Notes: generated by a model from the letters alone, not told the origin. A stretch of 64,000 nt of DNA from Chiloscyllium plagiosum (GCF_004010195.1 NC_057750.1:15308537-15372536); one strand, 5' to 3'. Shown: positions 1 through 14,400, counted from the stretch's first letter. Numbers and translations are program-made.

Positions 1-1059
1 TACCTCCTGAGCTCCAAAGACCCACTCCCTACTCCACCTGAGCAAAGATACACACCCTGAACCTCAAAACCTTCTTCGCCATTTCTAAACTCAAAACCCC
101 CTCCCTGATATACAGTCCCATATCACAGGTTGTGACGAATGACTTAAGATGTTCATTTGGGGCAACAGCAATGACAATGGTTTTGCTCACAGGTGAGTAC
201 AGTTGGGAAGTAACAGTAAATCACAAAGTACACAGCATGAAGTGCCAACACCACCACACCAACCTAAAAGGAACAGCAGTCCCATCACTAGCACAGCATT
301 GCTTGAAAATGGTGATAGTACAATTCCAGCTGCAGAAAGCCGTCAAACCTTTGTAAGCGGACGATGGTGTTACACAGGTCAGTACTAGTTTTAACAATAC
401 TGGTTGATGAAATAATATCGAGACCTCCAAGAAACTGGAATTGCTCCCATTGCAGATATATGAATGGAAATGCTCAAAATGGCAATAGAGGAGATGAGGG
501 TCAGTGACCAAAAGAGACAGATTTATGAAAACTGGCAAAATAACCAGGAGGAACTTCTTTATCCAGATAATGACCTGCAAGGAGCTGCTTGAAGAGGTGT
601 TAGATACAGATTAAATGGCGACTTTCAAAAGGAGACTTTGATAAATATTCGAAAGGGAACAAATCTACAGGCCTATAAGGCTAATGGGATCTAATGAGTA
701 GGAGTTATCCAAAGATTATAAGAAATTGGAGTCAGCCATTCAGAGACTGTCGAGCGTGCTCTGTTGTTCAATAAAAGACCCGATTGCGGCCTTACTGCCA
801 CTTTCCTGCCTGCGCTCCCATTAACGCCTAACTCCCAAGTTGATCAAAAGTCTGTCTTACTCAGGCATGAGTATATTTGGTGACCCAGTCTCCACTGCTT
901 TCAAAAAGGAACAGAATTCCACACACCCTGGAGTTTAGACTCAGCCTGCCCAGCCTTACCTTTAATACACCCACTCTCTCAACTGCTCCTGACAGATAAC
1001 CTTCAAACAAAGAGGATATGCAAAATAATATGCAATTTCTTGGGTGTTGTTTCACAAAT

Positions 1060-1520
1060 ACAGAAACGTAGAAGATAGGAGCAGGAGGCGGCCATCAGGC
1101 CCTTTGAGTCTGCTCTGCCATTCATCATGATCATGGCTGATCATCCAACTCAATAGCCTATTCCTGCTTTCACCACAGAACCTTTGGTCCCATTCGCCCC
1201 AAGGTGTTTTAATTAGCTGTCCCTTGAATACATTCAATGTTTTGGTATCATCTACTTCCTGTGGTAATGAATTCCACAGGCTCACAACTCTTTGGGTGAA
1301 GAAATGTCTCATTTCCTTTCTAAATGGTCCACTCCAAATCCTCAGACTGTGATCCCTGGTTCTGGATGCACACACGAACAGGAATATCCTCCCTGCATCT
1401 ACTCTGTCTGGTCCTGTTAGAATTTGGTAAGTCTCTAGGAGTTCCCCCTCACTTGTCTGAACTCCAGCAAAAACAATCCTAACCTAGTCAATCTCTCCAT
1501 AAATGTCAGTCCCACCAGCC
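1060..1520 (-). mobile_element. CR1/L2-type LINE 3' fragment
   Basis: ORF 1052..1375 contains FRKEMRHFFTQRVVSLWNSLPQEV, the CR1 ORF2 C-terminus. The 3' UTR resembles the copy at 52160-52865. Confidence 0.8.
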
Positions 1521-1924
1521 TGGTAAATATCCTAGACACAACTAAGCCAGATTTCCCTACTTAGATCATCCACCTCCTGGTACAAAAGAACATCCCACTC
1601 ACAATCCTAATGATTTCATGTATTTACACACTGTCTTTTTGTGATTCACATACAAGGACACCCTGATTCCTCTGTACCTCAACGCTATGCAGTCCCTTAT
1701 CTAAGTACATTACCTGTTCATTCTTCTCCATTACATCATATTAGGAAGACCAATGCATCAGAATCACATCATACAACATTATGGCTTGAGGGTGGGATTT
1801 GGTAACAATGAGCCAAATAAGCCGTGACAACAACGAAGAAGCCAGTCAACTGGATCACGCCAGGCAGTGAAGATAGCTGCTTTATAGACAATGTTCAGTA
1901 CCATAAAGGCACAGAATCATTTAC

Positions 1925-1999
1925 CTGCTGTACATATCTGTCAGTTGTTTTCCACATGTAATAGTATTCAATTATACTGGTTAATGATTTCCACGGAAG
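1925..1999 (-). CDS. MTA1: MTA-family exon 11 equivalent (SANT): [25 protein letters not shown]
   Basis: 75 bp, ttgcag / gtaaat, phase 0-0. Matches the MTA1/MTA3 SANT sequence as I recall it. Confidence 0.96.
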
Positions 2000-2922
2000 C
2001 TGCAACAAAGAAAAAGCATTTCTGAATCTTGAATAACAATAAAATTCAATGTTTCCAACATTATTCACTCACTAGACAGTTCACCAAAATCCCTGCCATG
2101 TTTATATATACCTGAACTGGAAGAGGAGGTCTTGACTTCATTCAAATGGTGGTGTCTCTGATATTACAGTCATAGATTATGCCACAGGTACTGAAGTACC
2201 ATTTGAACGATAACTTCTGATTACCATAGCCCCAAAGTCCACAGTTAGTGTGGAAATGAGAATACCAACGAAGCTGTGTTGGCTGGAAAGGTTTTCCTGA
2301 TTAAGCAACCTCACATTATGCATGTTAGTGATGCTCTGTCTCTACAGGACATCAACGTGCACTTTAGTCACACCAAATTGGGGCATAGTGTGTAGCTGCA
2401 AGAATTCAACTTCATATTATATCTATAATGGTGAAGGGTGCAGAACAGAAATATAAATTCCAAAATGGTGCTTTGGACCATATGCAAAACTTTGTTTGCC
2501 CCCCATATCCAATTTTACTATACAGCATTTAGCCCCAGCACACTACACTATTCGCATCTCGTTTTCCTTTCAGAATTTACATGTCTCCCTCAGTGTACCT
2601 ACACTTCTCCATCAGCTTTAAGGGCTCTTGGTTAGATAGAATATGGTTTATTTGACGCTGTACCCACAAACAGTGCCACACACTGGTAAAATAAAGACTT
2701 GCCCAATATTTTCCAACGGAAGTGCAAAGTCAGTGGTTAAACCAGCTCCGTGCATCACCCAGGAATTCAGAGCCGACATATCAACACTTAAAGCAAGAGA
2801 TGTCTCATTCAAAATAGATTTAAGGATTTAATTAACCTCAAGCAATAAGATAGTTACAGAACTCAGACTTAAAAGGTCTTCTCCTTGGATATTCATTGTT
2901 AATAATTTCAGGCTATACTCAC

Positions 2923-3111
2923 AAAGTCTTGTCGAATGTCACTAAAGTCCTTGCCATATTTTTCTAGGGCCTCCTCAAACAGATTGGCTTCAGAGGCTGA
3001 CCATTCCTCCATCTCATCCCGACAGAGTACGGGCCCTCCCTGCGGCACCAACGCTGAGATTGCCTTCGACACATCGTAGTTGTTTTTATGTAATGTGTCC
3101 ATTGAGTGAAA
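2923..3111 (-). CDS. MTA1: MTA-family exon 10 equivalent (ELM2 end / SANT): [63 protein letters not shown]
   Basis: 189 bp, ttgcag / gtgagt, phase 0-0. Lies within ORF 2908..3162. Confidence 0.97.
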
Positions 3112-5291
3112 CTGCAAGCAGACAGAATGAGAGTCAATACTTCCATCCACACAAGACAACAAATGTGCACCTACTCAGTTACAATATCCCCTCAGCAGGA
3201 CAAGCAGCACAAAAAGTTACAATGACCCCCTGAGCACAGCAAGCAACATGCAGTCAGTCTGCAAAGCTCAGAATATAAAGTGTTCTGCTACCATGCCAGT
3301 TGTGGACAGAGTAAATATATAAGTTGGTGCTGGCCAAATGGGTTGCTTGTTCTGGTCGAGTTCATGGAGTGTTAAGAGTCATGTGTTGGACTTGCACTCA
3401 TCCAGGCTAGTGGGAAGTATTCCATCACACCATGACCTGTGCCTTGTTGGAGGAGGACTTGCTCTGGGGTGTCACGAGGTGTCTTACTTGGTGCAGGATT
3501 CCTAGTCTCTGACCTGCTCTCATACTTATATGACTAGTCCAGTTTAATTTCTGGTCAATGGTAACTTCCAGGACTCTGATGGGGATTCAGCAACAGTGAT
3601 ACCTTCGAATGTCAATATAGTTAGATTATGTTGTTGGAGATTGTCTGGTATTTGTGAGGTTGAAGTGTTATTTGTCATTTGAACCCGCCCAAGCCTGAGT
3701 GCTGCTTATAGACATAGATGCATTCAATACCTGAACCATCACAAAGGGTACTGAATATTGTACAACCATCAGGAAGCATCCTACTTCTGACTTTAATATA
3801 CAGGGAAGGTAGCTGTTGAAGCAGCTGAAGACAGGTGGGTTTGGGACACTTGCTTGAGAAACTCTGCAGTGAATTCCTAGATATGGATAAATGACCTTTG
3901 ACAATCATAGCCCACATTTTTTTTTGCTTTTTTTAAAAAACATGTCTAAGGATTTTCCTGATTCCCATTGCTCAGGTTCTTGGACACCACACTGTCAAAT
4001 GCTGCCTTGATGCCAAAGGCAGTCATTCTCATCTCAAGCTCTGTTGTTTTGCCTTAGTTTAGTCTGAGTGTGTAATGAGATCAGCAGCTGAGTGGCCGTG
4101 GCAAATCCCAAGGAGAGCATCAGCAGGCACATTATTGCTACAAGCACTGCCTGATAGATCTGTCAAATACAGCTTGCATCACTTTGCTGATGATGGACAG
4201 TGGACTGATAAGCAAATAATTGATCAGGCTGGATTTATCCTGCATTTTTTGGAGGAGGTCATATTAGAGCAATTTTCTGACTAAAGTAGCAGCTAGTTCT
4301 GGGCTCAAGTCTTCAGTACTACTACTGGGGTGTTGTCAGGATATTTGCTATGGACAGTGTCTTCAGCCAATTCTTGGTATCTTGTGGATTGAATGGAATT
4401 AAATTGACATCTGTGCTATTGAGACCCAAGAGGCTAACCTAGATCATCCACTCACCACATATATGACTATAAATGCTTCCTTCATGTCTTTTGCACTGTT
4501 GTGTTGGGCTCTTACATCATTGTTGGTGGTAATATTTGTGGAACTTCCTCGTCTAGTGAGCTAAATGCCCACTGCTCTTCACGAATTAATGTGACAGGAC
4601 CGCACAACTTAAACATGATCAGTTTCTTGTGGAATTGCTTAGCTGTCTGTGGCATGCTGCTTCCACTATCTGGAATGGAAGTTATCCTCTCCTGCAGCTT
4701 CACCATACAGACTCATTTTTAAAAATCACACCACACCAGGTTATAGTCCAACTAGTTGTTTTGTGTATTGTGATTTTTAACTTTGCATACCCCAGTCATC
4801 TCCACCAGCATCTCCAAATCAAGACCTCATTTTTAGGTATGTTTGGTGGTGCATCCCTGGCATAACACCCTATATTCTTCATTGCATCGGGGCCAATGGC
4901 CCAGCCTTGATGGTGACAGTAAAGTGATGGAGATGCCAGACCTTGACATAACAGATTACAATTTTGCTGCTGTTGATGGCCCGCAGCACCTTAATGGATA
5001 CACAATTTTGTGTTGCCATTTCAAGACTATCCCATTTAACACAATGATAATGCCACACAACACAATGGAGGGTGCAGTGCAAGGACGGTGTAACGGTCAT
5101 TTCTACCAGGACTGAGTTTGTTAATACATGCAGGAATTAAACTAGGATTATGATTAGAAGCATGGTAGAAATATTCATTGCCTAACAAGTAGTCTCCACA
5201 TTGATCCAGTTTTTAGTACATGAGATCACTTCAGGAATTAATGTTACAATTGCAAAGTATTGAAGGATCGTAAAAACTGCCTCTTCCTTAC

Positions 5292-5391
5292 CAGTGTGAT
5301 ATCTCTAGAGGCAGCTGCAGCACTCATGTGTAGACTTGGCTGTCGTATGGAACTACTGCAATCTAAGGCCCGAGCAAATGTACCTACAGAT
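5292..5391 (-). CDS. MTA1: MTA-family exon 9 equivalent (ELM2): [33 protein letters not shown]
   Basis: 100 bp, cctag / gtaagg, phase 2 to 0. Confidence 0.96.
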
Positions 5392-6057
5392 CTAGGAGAG
5401 ATAGGAATAAATTGTTACAAACAAACCCAACTGAGAAGTGTCATCTGACATATTCTCTTAAAGGGATAGTGCAGTTCCATATGAATCAGCATTTGACTGA
5501 TCACGAGTAGCAATTCTATGAATCCTAAACAAACAAAGAAATTGTGCTCTGCACAAATAGCACTCCAGGAACATTTCTCTTTTCGGCAGGGAGACTGAGG
5601 GAGAGATAATTTGCTGACAACCACAAACACAGTTCAGGGCTTTTACACAGAAGCGATACAAGAAGACAAGGTTGGTGCCTGTGCAAAGTTCCCAACAGAC
5701 GAACCAGAAGCTGTGCATATTGTCAAATCACTGTTCAGAAGTTTTGAAAAATAATGCCCTTGCCCAAGCTGCCAAAAATGTCCAGCACAATTCCCTGACT
5801 GTAGCTAGGAGGATGAGCACTGTCTTTGCAATAACAGATAGAACTTTTTAAAAGTTCGCATGTTGACTGAGCAATACTTCTCCACTACACCCAAATGGTA
5901 CAGAAAGGGCAGTGACCTCCATGTGCACAAAGAGCTCTGTACGCAGACATCAACATCCAAGGACTGATGGTTCAAAGCCCTGCTCGTATTATAAAAGAGC
6001 AGCATGACAATCAGAACAAACAGGTCTCAAGCCTATAAAACTGCGGAAACAGCTTAC

Positions 6058-6160
6058 CGTGCAAGGACCAAGAATTGGTCTATCTGCCTGTCGGTCAGGG
6101 GGTTGTCCGGATCCCAGATTTTTACTTCAAGTTTTAACTGATCTCTTTCATCCTCTTCAT
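6058..6160 (-). CDS. MTA1: MTA-family exon 8 equivalent (ELM2): [35 protein letters not shown]
   Basis: 103 bp, ctcag / gtaagc, phase 1 to 2. Confidence 0.96.
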
Positions 6161-6334
6161 CTGAGTAAATAAAACAGGGAAAAAAAACATCAAAGACAAG
6201 GAGAGAGCAAAGTATAGGAGTGGATGGGCCTGTGCAGACACAATGGAAAGTACACAGTTGGGACTGAACTCACTAAGCAAAGTGGTAAAATTGAGACAAC
6301 AAGGATAAAAGTTAAAACAGACTGAAGAGGCTGG

Positions 6335-6695
6335 GACCTTCCCCCTGGAATGGAGACTAAGGGGTGACCTTATACAGGTCTATAAAATCATGAGGGGCAA
6401 GGATAGAGGTGACTAGCCAAGGTCTTTCTCTTAGGGTGGAAGTATTCAAAACTAGAGGGCAAAGGTTTAAGGGGAGACAGATAAGATTTAAAAGGAGCTG
6501 AAGGGTAACATTTTCACGCAGAGGGTAGTGAGCGAGAGAAGAACTGGAGGAGCCTGGTACAATTACAACATTTAAATGGGTACGTGAATAGGAAGGGTTT
6601 ATAAGGATATGGACCAAATGCTGGCAAATGCAATTAGGTCAGATTGGGATGTCTGGACTGCACAGATGAGGTGGGCCAAAGGGTCTGTGCTGTCT
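6335..6695 (+). mobile_element. CR1 LINE 3' fragment
   Basis: RLRGDLIQVYKIMRG...TRGQRFK...FFTQRVV remnant followed by a typical 3' UTR. Confidence 0.75.
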
Positions 6696-8381
6696 TATAA
6701 CTAACAATAAAAACAATTACAAACAATTGTGATAACGTATAAAGAGAAATCAATTAAATGGTCTTTAAGAGGCAGACAGGAGAATGTTATGTTCAGTGGG
6801 GACTAGATGCCCAGTGAACAAACTACTGAGACCTAATCTGCATGTTGCAAGGAAAGCCAACGCAATTAGTGTGTGCTTTGGCAAAATCACACGTGCAGTA
6901 TTATGTATAATTTTGGTTTTCTGGTCCAAGTGGAAATGTATCTATTTCACAGGAAGCGCATCCAAGGTTGACTGGATTGATTTCTGGGATGACAGGATTA
7001 TCTTATGAAGAATGATAAGAGTACAATAGCCTGTATCATCTGAAGTTTTCAAGTATTTGATATCAGCTCATTGAGCATAATATTTCGAAAATGCTCAACA
7101 ACACATATATTGGGAGAGTTTCCCTTGACAGGGAATCTAAAATGAGGGATCACATTCCCCGAAGAGAATTTGGCAACTACAAGATAAATAGAAATTACTT
7201 GGCTCAAAGAACTCTCTGCTCCAGACAGCTGTGGAGACTTGGTTGTTGAATATATTTGTGACAGACATTAAAGAATTTTGGACACTACTGAAATCTAGGG
7301 ATATGAAAAAAAGGGTTAAGGTTTTTACAGGCACAAAGAACCAAATACATTTGCTTGTTCTGATTTCTTATGCATTTAAGAGTGGGCCAGCCAAAACAGC
7401 GCATCTGGCAACAGGACTGGAACAATTTATGGCAATCCTCAATCACTTCACCAGTTATTCTGTTGATCCACCTCCTCGAGAATGCTCAACAACTAAATAT
7501 CTTCTCTTTAGAGCAGATAACTCATTTTGGTTGCCATTTTCTGTAGTGTCTCTAATGCCCAACTGCACTGTGACCCAAGTAGGGCTGTTTCAATACCTTG
7601 TTTGCTTCCTGGGATTTAACCCTCTGCCTATACAATCCAACATTCCTTCAGTGCTACATACTGCACAGTTGGCTTCAGCAATTACTCGTTAAACACCCTC
7701 ACACCCACAATACTATTTGCTGTAGTTCTGATCTGATCAACCTGCATTCCATTTTTTTCTGTTGGTTTCCCAAAAAAGAAATCATTTTTAAAAAAAAGTC
7801 AGCCGTGCCTTTTTACAGCACCTTTGACAAACTCAGGATGCCCTAAAGCACTTTCTAACCAATCAAGTACTTTTGGAGTATAATTGCTATTGTTGGAAAT
7901 GTAGTCATTTGCACACAGCAAGCTTCCACTAACAGCAATGAGATAAAATCATAGATGATATGGTCATTAAGATTCCTGTTGTTTGTTGGTTGAGGGATTA
8001 ATACTGACTGAGACAGCAGGAATAATTCCCCTGCTCAAAACAGTAGTACAAGATCTTTTACATTTATCTGAGGGGACAGATAAGGCCTCAGATAAAGACC
8101 TTATATGTAAGACAGCACTTGCAGGCTTCCAGGACTTAAGTACTTCAGTAGAGTTTTTAATAAACAGACACCTTACACGGGTCAGCCAAACATAGAAGAA
8201 TTCCAAGCCAAGGAATGAAAGACTGGAAGAGGTGACCAAAACTTGATCTCAAGAGTTGAAACTTGAGAAGAATTTGCAGGAAGAAAGTGGAGGTGGAGGA
8301 CTTTTAAAGAAAATTTGACAGTTTTCAGTTTATGTGGATGAAAGCTGTGCAATCGGGCATAAAAGGAAAGAAAAGGTCCAA

Positions 8382-9100
8382 GACCATAAAGAAATAGGAA
8401 GACGAATAGGCTATTCAGCTCTTTGTGTCTTTTCTGCTATTCAACAGAATCATGGCTGATCCAACACACCTCACATCCACCTTCCTACCCATTCCCTGTA
8501 ACTGATTCCCCGACTGATCAAGAATCCATCTCAGTCTTAAACATACACAAAGACTCTAGCTCCACAGCTCTTTAAGGCAAGGAGTTCTAAAGGTTCTCAA
8601 CCCTCAGAAGAAATTCCTCCTCATCTCAGTCTTGAAATGGAGTCCCCTTATTCTGAGACTATGCCCTCTGGTCCTAGATTCTCCAATAAGTGAAAACATC
8701 TTCTCCTGTGAAGCTCTTTAAGAATCCTATGTTTAAAGGAGATCATCCTTCATTCTACTAAACTCCAGTGAATAGACTCCTAATCTGTTCAATCTTTACT
8801 CATAAGACAATCCCTCTATACGAGGGATCATCCTAATGAACTTTCTCTGAATAATCTCCAATGAAACATCATTCCTGAATTAAGGGGACCAAAGTTGCCC
8901 TCAGTACTCCAGATGTAGTCTCACCAGCGCCTTATGTAGTTGCAGTAAGACTTCCCAACTCTGTCCAACCCCCTTGAAATAAGGGCCAACATTCCATGAG
9001 CCTTCCTGATGACCTGCTGCACCTGTGTGCTAGCTTTCTGTGTATCATACACAAGTACTCCCAAGTCCCTTTTTTATTGTGGCTTTTTGTTTTCCTCCAT
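8382..9100 (-). mobile_element. CR1/L2-type LINE 3' fragment
   Basis: Reverse-strand remnant of ORF2 C-terminus (LVRLHLEY.., RGHSLRIRG..) and 3' UTR, similar to 57698-58730. Confidence 0.7.
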
Positions 9101-9616
9101 TTTAAAGGAATAGATTGATAGTGGGGAAGCAGTGTGTCAACGTGACCAACAGACTGACCAAATTCTGTTAGGGAAGAGTCATGATGGATTTTGGAGTTAA
9201 AGGTAGGGAAATAGAATTGACATACACATGAGCCGTGATCTAATGAACAGAAGAGCAGTCTTGGTGGGTTGAATGACCAATCCTGCTCTTGCGTTCCTAA
9301 CGTGGCTACTTGGTCGAAATGTTTAAAAGTAAAAGGAGATAAAAGATGGCCAAACTCGAACATCAAGTTCTAACCTAAAAGTCTAGAAAATCCCGCTTCC
9401 TCTTTTGCCTTCCTTACCCTCACAAATAAAATGGTGGGAGGGAGAGAGATTCAACTAGGTGACCCACATGCATCAATTGTGCTGGATTGCTGACACTTCC
9501 TTCACCTTTCTCCCAACCCACATACTTTAAGTGAGGCAAGAGTAAAATCTTAACACCTCTGAATATTCAATTCCTAGACTAAATCCAAAGAATGGCTGAT
9601 TGCAAATGTCACCCAC

Positions 9617-9734
9617 CTTCTTTTAGTAAATCCGGAATGTCTGCCTGGTACCTGGGACCTACACGGATCTCGCCTTTATCTGCTAGAAGAGTCTTTTGCT
9701 GTGGATCATAAACTAGACAATAAAAAAAGGAATC
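9617..9734 (-). CDS. MTA1: MTA-family exon 7 equivalent (BAH end / ELM2 start): [39 protein letters not shown]
   Basis: 118 bp, ttcag / gtgggt, phase 0 to 1. EIRVGxxYQA is the ELM2 motif. Confidence 0.96.
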
Positions 9735-10272
9735 CTGAAAGGAAGGAGAAAAACAAAAAAGGGTCATTTCAGGGAGCCAGCTCAACATAATAAATGTTTC
9801 TCATCCGCGTGAGGGATTCCAGGGCCCCTGGACACTTCCTTTCCACTTTAAAAGGAATTCCCAAGTCAACTCTAAACAGAGTGTGAAATTCATACACAAT
9901 CTCAATCAAATCCTCTTTTTACAGACTCTTTATAGGCTGTTTAAAGTGGAAATATCTTCATTAAACCATCTCGCTATCGTTTCTTCAAAATTTGACTTTT
10001 TTTTTAAAGTGAGTTTTGGCTCTCTCTCGAGACAACATTTCTGATGCAGTGAGTCTCAGTTTCTATTATCTCAGTTTCTATTTTCTATCATCAGAAGAAA
10101 CTGAGACAAGGAAATGTAACTAGAAGGTTTGCACACATACCCACCAGGAGATTCAATAAATATGCAAGCATGTATGAACATCTTTACAATGTTGACTACT
10201 TCACCTCTCTGCCCGGCATAAGAAATTTCAAACTCTTTCTAGAATTTAACAATCAGGAGCAGGAGAAGGCCA

Positions 10273-10889
10273 TGGATGTAAGTTTGCTCACTGAGTTGGA
10301 AGGTTCGCTTTCAGACATTTTGTTACCATACTAGGTAACATCATCAGTGAGCCTCCAGTGAAGCGCTGATGTTATGTCTCATTTTGTGTATGTATTTAGG
10401 TTTCCTTGGATTGGTGATATCATTTCCTGTGTTGAGGTCATTTCCTGTGTTGGTGATGTCATGTCCTGTTCTTTTCCCCCCCAGAGGGTGGTTATATCAA
10501 CTAGCCACAAAAAGACATGACCCACTATCTCTAGTATCCTTCCATACACATGAGGAAGGACACCACTTCGATTGGGACAACATATCCATCCCACGACAAG
10601 CCAAACAGAGACATGCACGAGAATTCCTAAGTGGAACTCTGATCAACAAACATCGACTTGGACCCCATTTACCATCCTGAGAAAAAGAACAGGAAATGAC
10701 ATCAACACCGGAAATGGCATCACCGACTCAAGGAACCCTAAACAAATCAAAAGTGGGACATGACACCAGCGCTTTACCGATGATGTTGCCTATATGGTGA
10801 CAGAATGTCAGAAAACAAATCTTCTAGCTCAGTGAGCAAACTTACATCCAGGACCTTAACCTAAACTGCAAATCTTCTCAGAACTTGCT
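10273..10889. mobile_element. Penelope-like element remnant with inverted (fold-back) 5' copy
   Basis: Arms about 10273-10460 and 10690-10850 are reverse complements. The core encodes a GIY-YIG C-terminal remnant (LATKRHDPLSLVS..GHHFDWDN..QRHAREFL). Same family as 30965-32324. Confidence 0.8.
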
Positions 10890-11652
10890 AAGGTATTTGG
10901 CCCTTTGAGTCCACTCCACCATTTAATAATAGCTCACCATAGCTGACTGGATTGTAACCTCAATTCTACATGCCTGCTTCCTGACTAACCTTTTACCCCC
11001 TTGCTTAACAAGAACGTAGCCAACTCTGTTGTCGGATTCAAAGATTCTGCTTCCATTACCTTTTGAGGAAGAGAGCTCTAAGCATTTAAATAATCTTGAG
11101 CAAGGGGAAATTTCAGCTAATCTCGGTCTTAAATGAATAACCCCTTATTTTTGAACGGCAACTCTAGATTCTCCTGCTAAAGGAATTATCTCTCCATATT
11201 CATCCTGTCAACAACATTCACATCTCAATAAAGTTGTTTCTGAACTGGATTGGATGCAAGCTTAGCTCGTCAAACCTTTCCCCAAAAGGCAACCGGTCTA
11301 ATATCGGAAACTAAACCCTATCAAGAAGGCAAGTGCATTCAGTAGCATGATGCCATAATATGCTCAGACTCACATTAGACAGTGCAAGAGGCTGACATAG
11401 GTAGACAGGGATGTCTGTAGTCGGCACACTAAAGTTCTTGGGAGATGTCTCTCAAGCCTGCTGTAGTTCTCCAAAAGAGGCTCAGTGCCAGCTTGAAGAA
11501 CAGCATCTCATTTTCCCCTTGATGGTTCTGCAGCCTTCAGAACTCCACTTTAGAGCATGAACATCTCCCATGCATGTCCTTTACCTATCCAGGTCCTATC
11601 ATAACTTCAGCTGCTTACAGCACAGCCAACCCATTTTCACCTACTTATCATA

Positions 11653-11840
11653 GAATAATAGAATCCCTATAGTGCTAAAGCTAGCCATTTGGCCCACCAA
11701 TCCACACCAAACCTCCGAATAGCATCCTACTCCTAATGCTATCCCTGCATTCCCCATGGTTAATCCACCTTGCCTGCACACCCCTGGACACTATGGGCAA
11801 TTTAACATGGCCTAACCACCTACCCTGCACATATTTGGAC
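11653..11840 (-). mobile_element. V-SINE/HE1-like SINE fragment
   Basis: Similar to the 3' part of the SINEs at 41147 and 49613 (ggcaatttagcatggcc...cctgcacatctttgga). Confidence 0.65.
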
Positions 11841-12706
11841 ATGAGACCTATGGTCTCCATTTTCAACTTTTTTCACCATCCATCCCTTTGCATTCCTAAA
11901 TGTCATGCTCTCTCTCTGGGTTCCATCTCCACCTATCTGCTCACTCCTTTTACCTTTCCCCAATCCACTCACCCAACCTTCAGCATATATATCACGTTTT
12001 CCTAGTTAATATCAGTTCTGAAGGGGGTCACTGGACTTGAAGCGTTAACTCTGCTTTGTCTCCATAGATGCTGCAAGACCCCAGTTCCTCCAGCAATTTG
12101 TTTTTATTCTTAGCATGAGAAATTCTTTCACCATGAATATCACCCTCCGCACAAGGGAATAGCAGAAGGTTGCAGCAATTCAGGGTTAAGTTGTAACCAG
12201 TCCTATCTGCATGCTGACCTGAAATCATAGTGCAGTAGCATCAGCTTATGTACATCCTGTAGGTGGTCACATTTCTTGGCTGTAACACATTCCTTTCTCA
12301 CCACCCGGTTCTGAGTAAGGGTTACTTAACCCAAAATGTTAGCTCTGATTCTCTCCACGAATGCTGTCAGACCTGCAGAGCTTTTCCAACCATTTCTATT
12401 TTTTGTCTCCTCCTTTCGCACACTTGGTTGTTAACTTTCCATTACATAATATCACACCTTAAGTTTGCTGATTGTTAAAATGATATCTGGTATAGGCATA
12501 TATTGCTGACTGATAAATGCATTCACTCATCCAGTTTACACACCCTTATGCAAACTTGCAGCCCATGTTGCATGCATAGTTTTTCAGACACACTTTAATG
12601 CACATTGACACAAGGCTCAGGGAACATTGGAGAATGCATGTCATTGCTCCCTGTGCAGTTTATTGAACTTCCTCTCATGAAAAATGTCAAAAAGAAGAAA
12701 TCGTAC

Positions 12707-12770
12707 CTCTTTCTCCAGATACGAAAAGACCGCTTCAGTTTCATTCAGCAGAGTCACACTGCATTTACCT
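12707..12770 (-). CDS. MTA1: MTA-family exon 6 equivalent (BAH): GKCSVTLLNETEAVFSYLEKE
   Basis: 64 bp, cag / gtacga, phase 2 to 0. Manual translation. Confidence 0.95.
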
Positions 12771-14089
12771 CTGTGAGGACACAAAGAGAGAGCTTGTTAT
12801 ATCAAAATGCAGTGAGACATAAAGCCTATTATACAAATTAACCCTGGAACTCTGGGGCCTATAGCAAGTTTAACCTACTGCAGGCAAACATTCAAATTGA
12901 AACCAGCAGAAAGAACACGCATAAGGCTCAGAACCCTCCTCTGAATACTACATATACATGGATACTCATGCTTCATTCCAATTGCTGGTGTCCATCCAAT
13001 ACTTTAGATATAGTCTTTAATTGAAGTCAAACTTCAAGAGAATTCATGTCTGGGAATTGGCTGGCTGTAAGAATTCAGTAGAGCAGTCCCCTCAACTTTC
13101 CACTTAAAACAGAATTTGCCCAAGCAGGGTACTAAACAAACTCAGTCCAAATTAGTAACAGAGCTCTGCTGCTGCAGCAATGTCAGCAGAGTGATCAACT
13201 AATTCATGCTGTTCCTTTTGTCCAGTACCTCTTACTGGACAGGGTTTATATTTACTGGAATGCTGAGGCACCAGCAAAAGATGCAGCTGTGAGTGGGCCC
13301 AACACGCACATTTTGGAAACCTGGGAAAAAATGCTGATTAATCAGGGAAATCAAAAAAAAAATGTGCATATCTTTTATAAGTCTCCCTCCCAACACAGGG
13401 AGGCATTAAAACACAGTCTCATCTATATTGTGACTTAGATGCCTGAATGATGCCAATATTAAATTGTTCAATACGTACAAATAAAAAAAAACAAACAAAC
13501 AGTCTTTTGGTCAAGTAGGATGGATGCTGGATAATGCAGCCTTGATAAGTGGGTAACGGCACTAATTGTACACTTAGAAGAAATTGCAAAACAGATTCTA
13601 TTACTTTAGTAACAATCCAATAATTCTGTGCAAAGAGGTAGTTTGGCTGTTCCATTATCAAAACTGTACTTGTCCACATAATACTCCATGTCTAAAGCTT
13701 TCACAGTAAGCAGAGCTGCACTTGCAGACTAGCAGGGTTTTGCAGATCTCTGAAAGTGAGAGTGGGGCTGAGGGGGCGGCGGGCAGGCGGGGGGACGAGG
13801 GCCGGGGCGCGAGGAGCAGGGAGAGGGGCAGGGCGTGACGGCAAATGAAAAACTATAGTATAAACCAACAGATACAAGGAAATCATTACTCATCTAGAGG
13901 CTGACTTCTCTCAGACTCAAGTAGTTGGAATCTTTGTTTACAAAGAATCTGAGTGCATGTGCAAATTACTGAGTCCATGATAATAAACTGCAGCTCTTCA
14001 GGTTATTCCTGTGTGTATATTTGTGTCTGAAGATCAAAATGCAGCCCAAATGAAGTTGCAGGTTGACTTCAGACAAAGCAAAGAGTGAC

Positions 14090-14400
14090 GGTTAGAATCT
14101 TGTCCCCAGAGTTGAAATGTCTAATACTAGCGGGCATGCACTTAAGATGACAGGGGAAAGTTCAAAGCAAATCTGAGGGGCAAGTTTATTTTTTACACAG
14201 AGTGGTAGGTGTCTGGAACGCGCTGCTAGGAATGGTGATGGAGATCGGGGCGTTTTAATGGATGTTTAGCACATGAACATGCAAGGAATGATGGGCTTTG
14301 GACAAAGAGCAGGCAGAAGGGATAAGTTTAATTTGGCGTCATGTTTGGCTCAACATTGTGGGCCAAAGAGCTTGATCTTGTGCTGTACAGTTCTATGTAA
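14090..14400 (+). mobile_element. CR1 LINE 3' fragment
   Basis: ...tttttacacagagtggtaggtgtctggaacgcgctg... (FTQRVVGVWNAL-like) plus 3' UTR. Confidence 0.65.

Noticed and set aside
1..1924. Next MTA exon (KRLKAAEAESKLKQVYIP)
   Set aside because: Not seen; probably lies before position 1.
7231..7692. Longer ORFs such as 7231..7692, 41423..41890 and 61163..61582
   Set aside because: No recognisable domain or splice structure; chance ORFs or partly LINE-derived.
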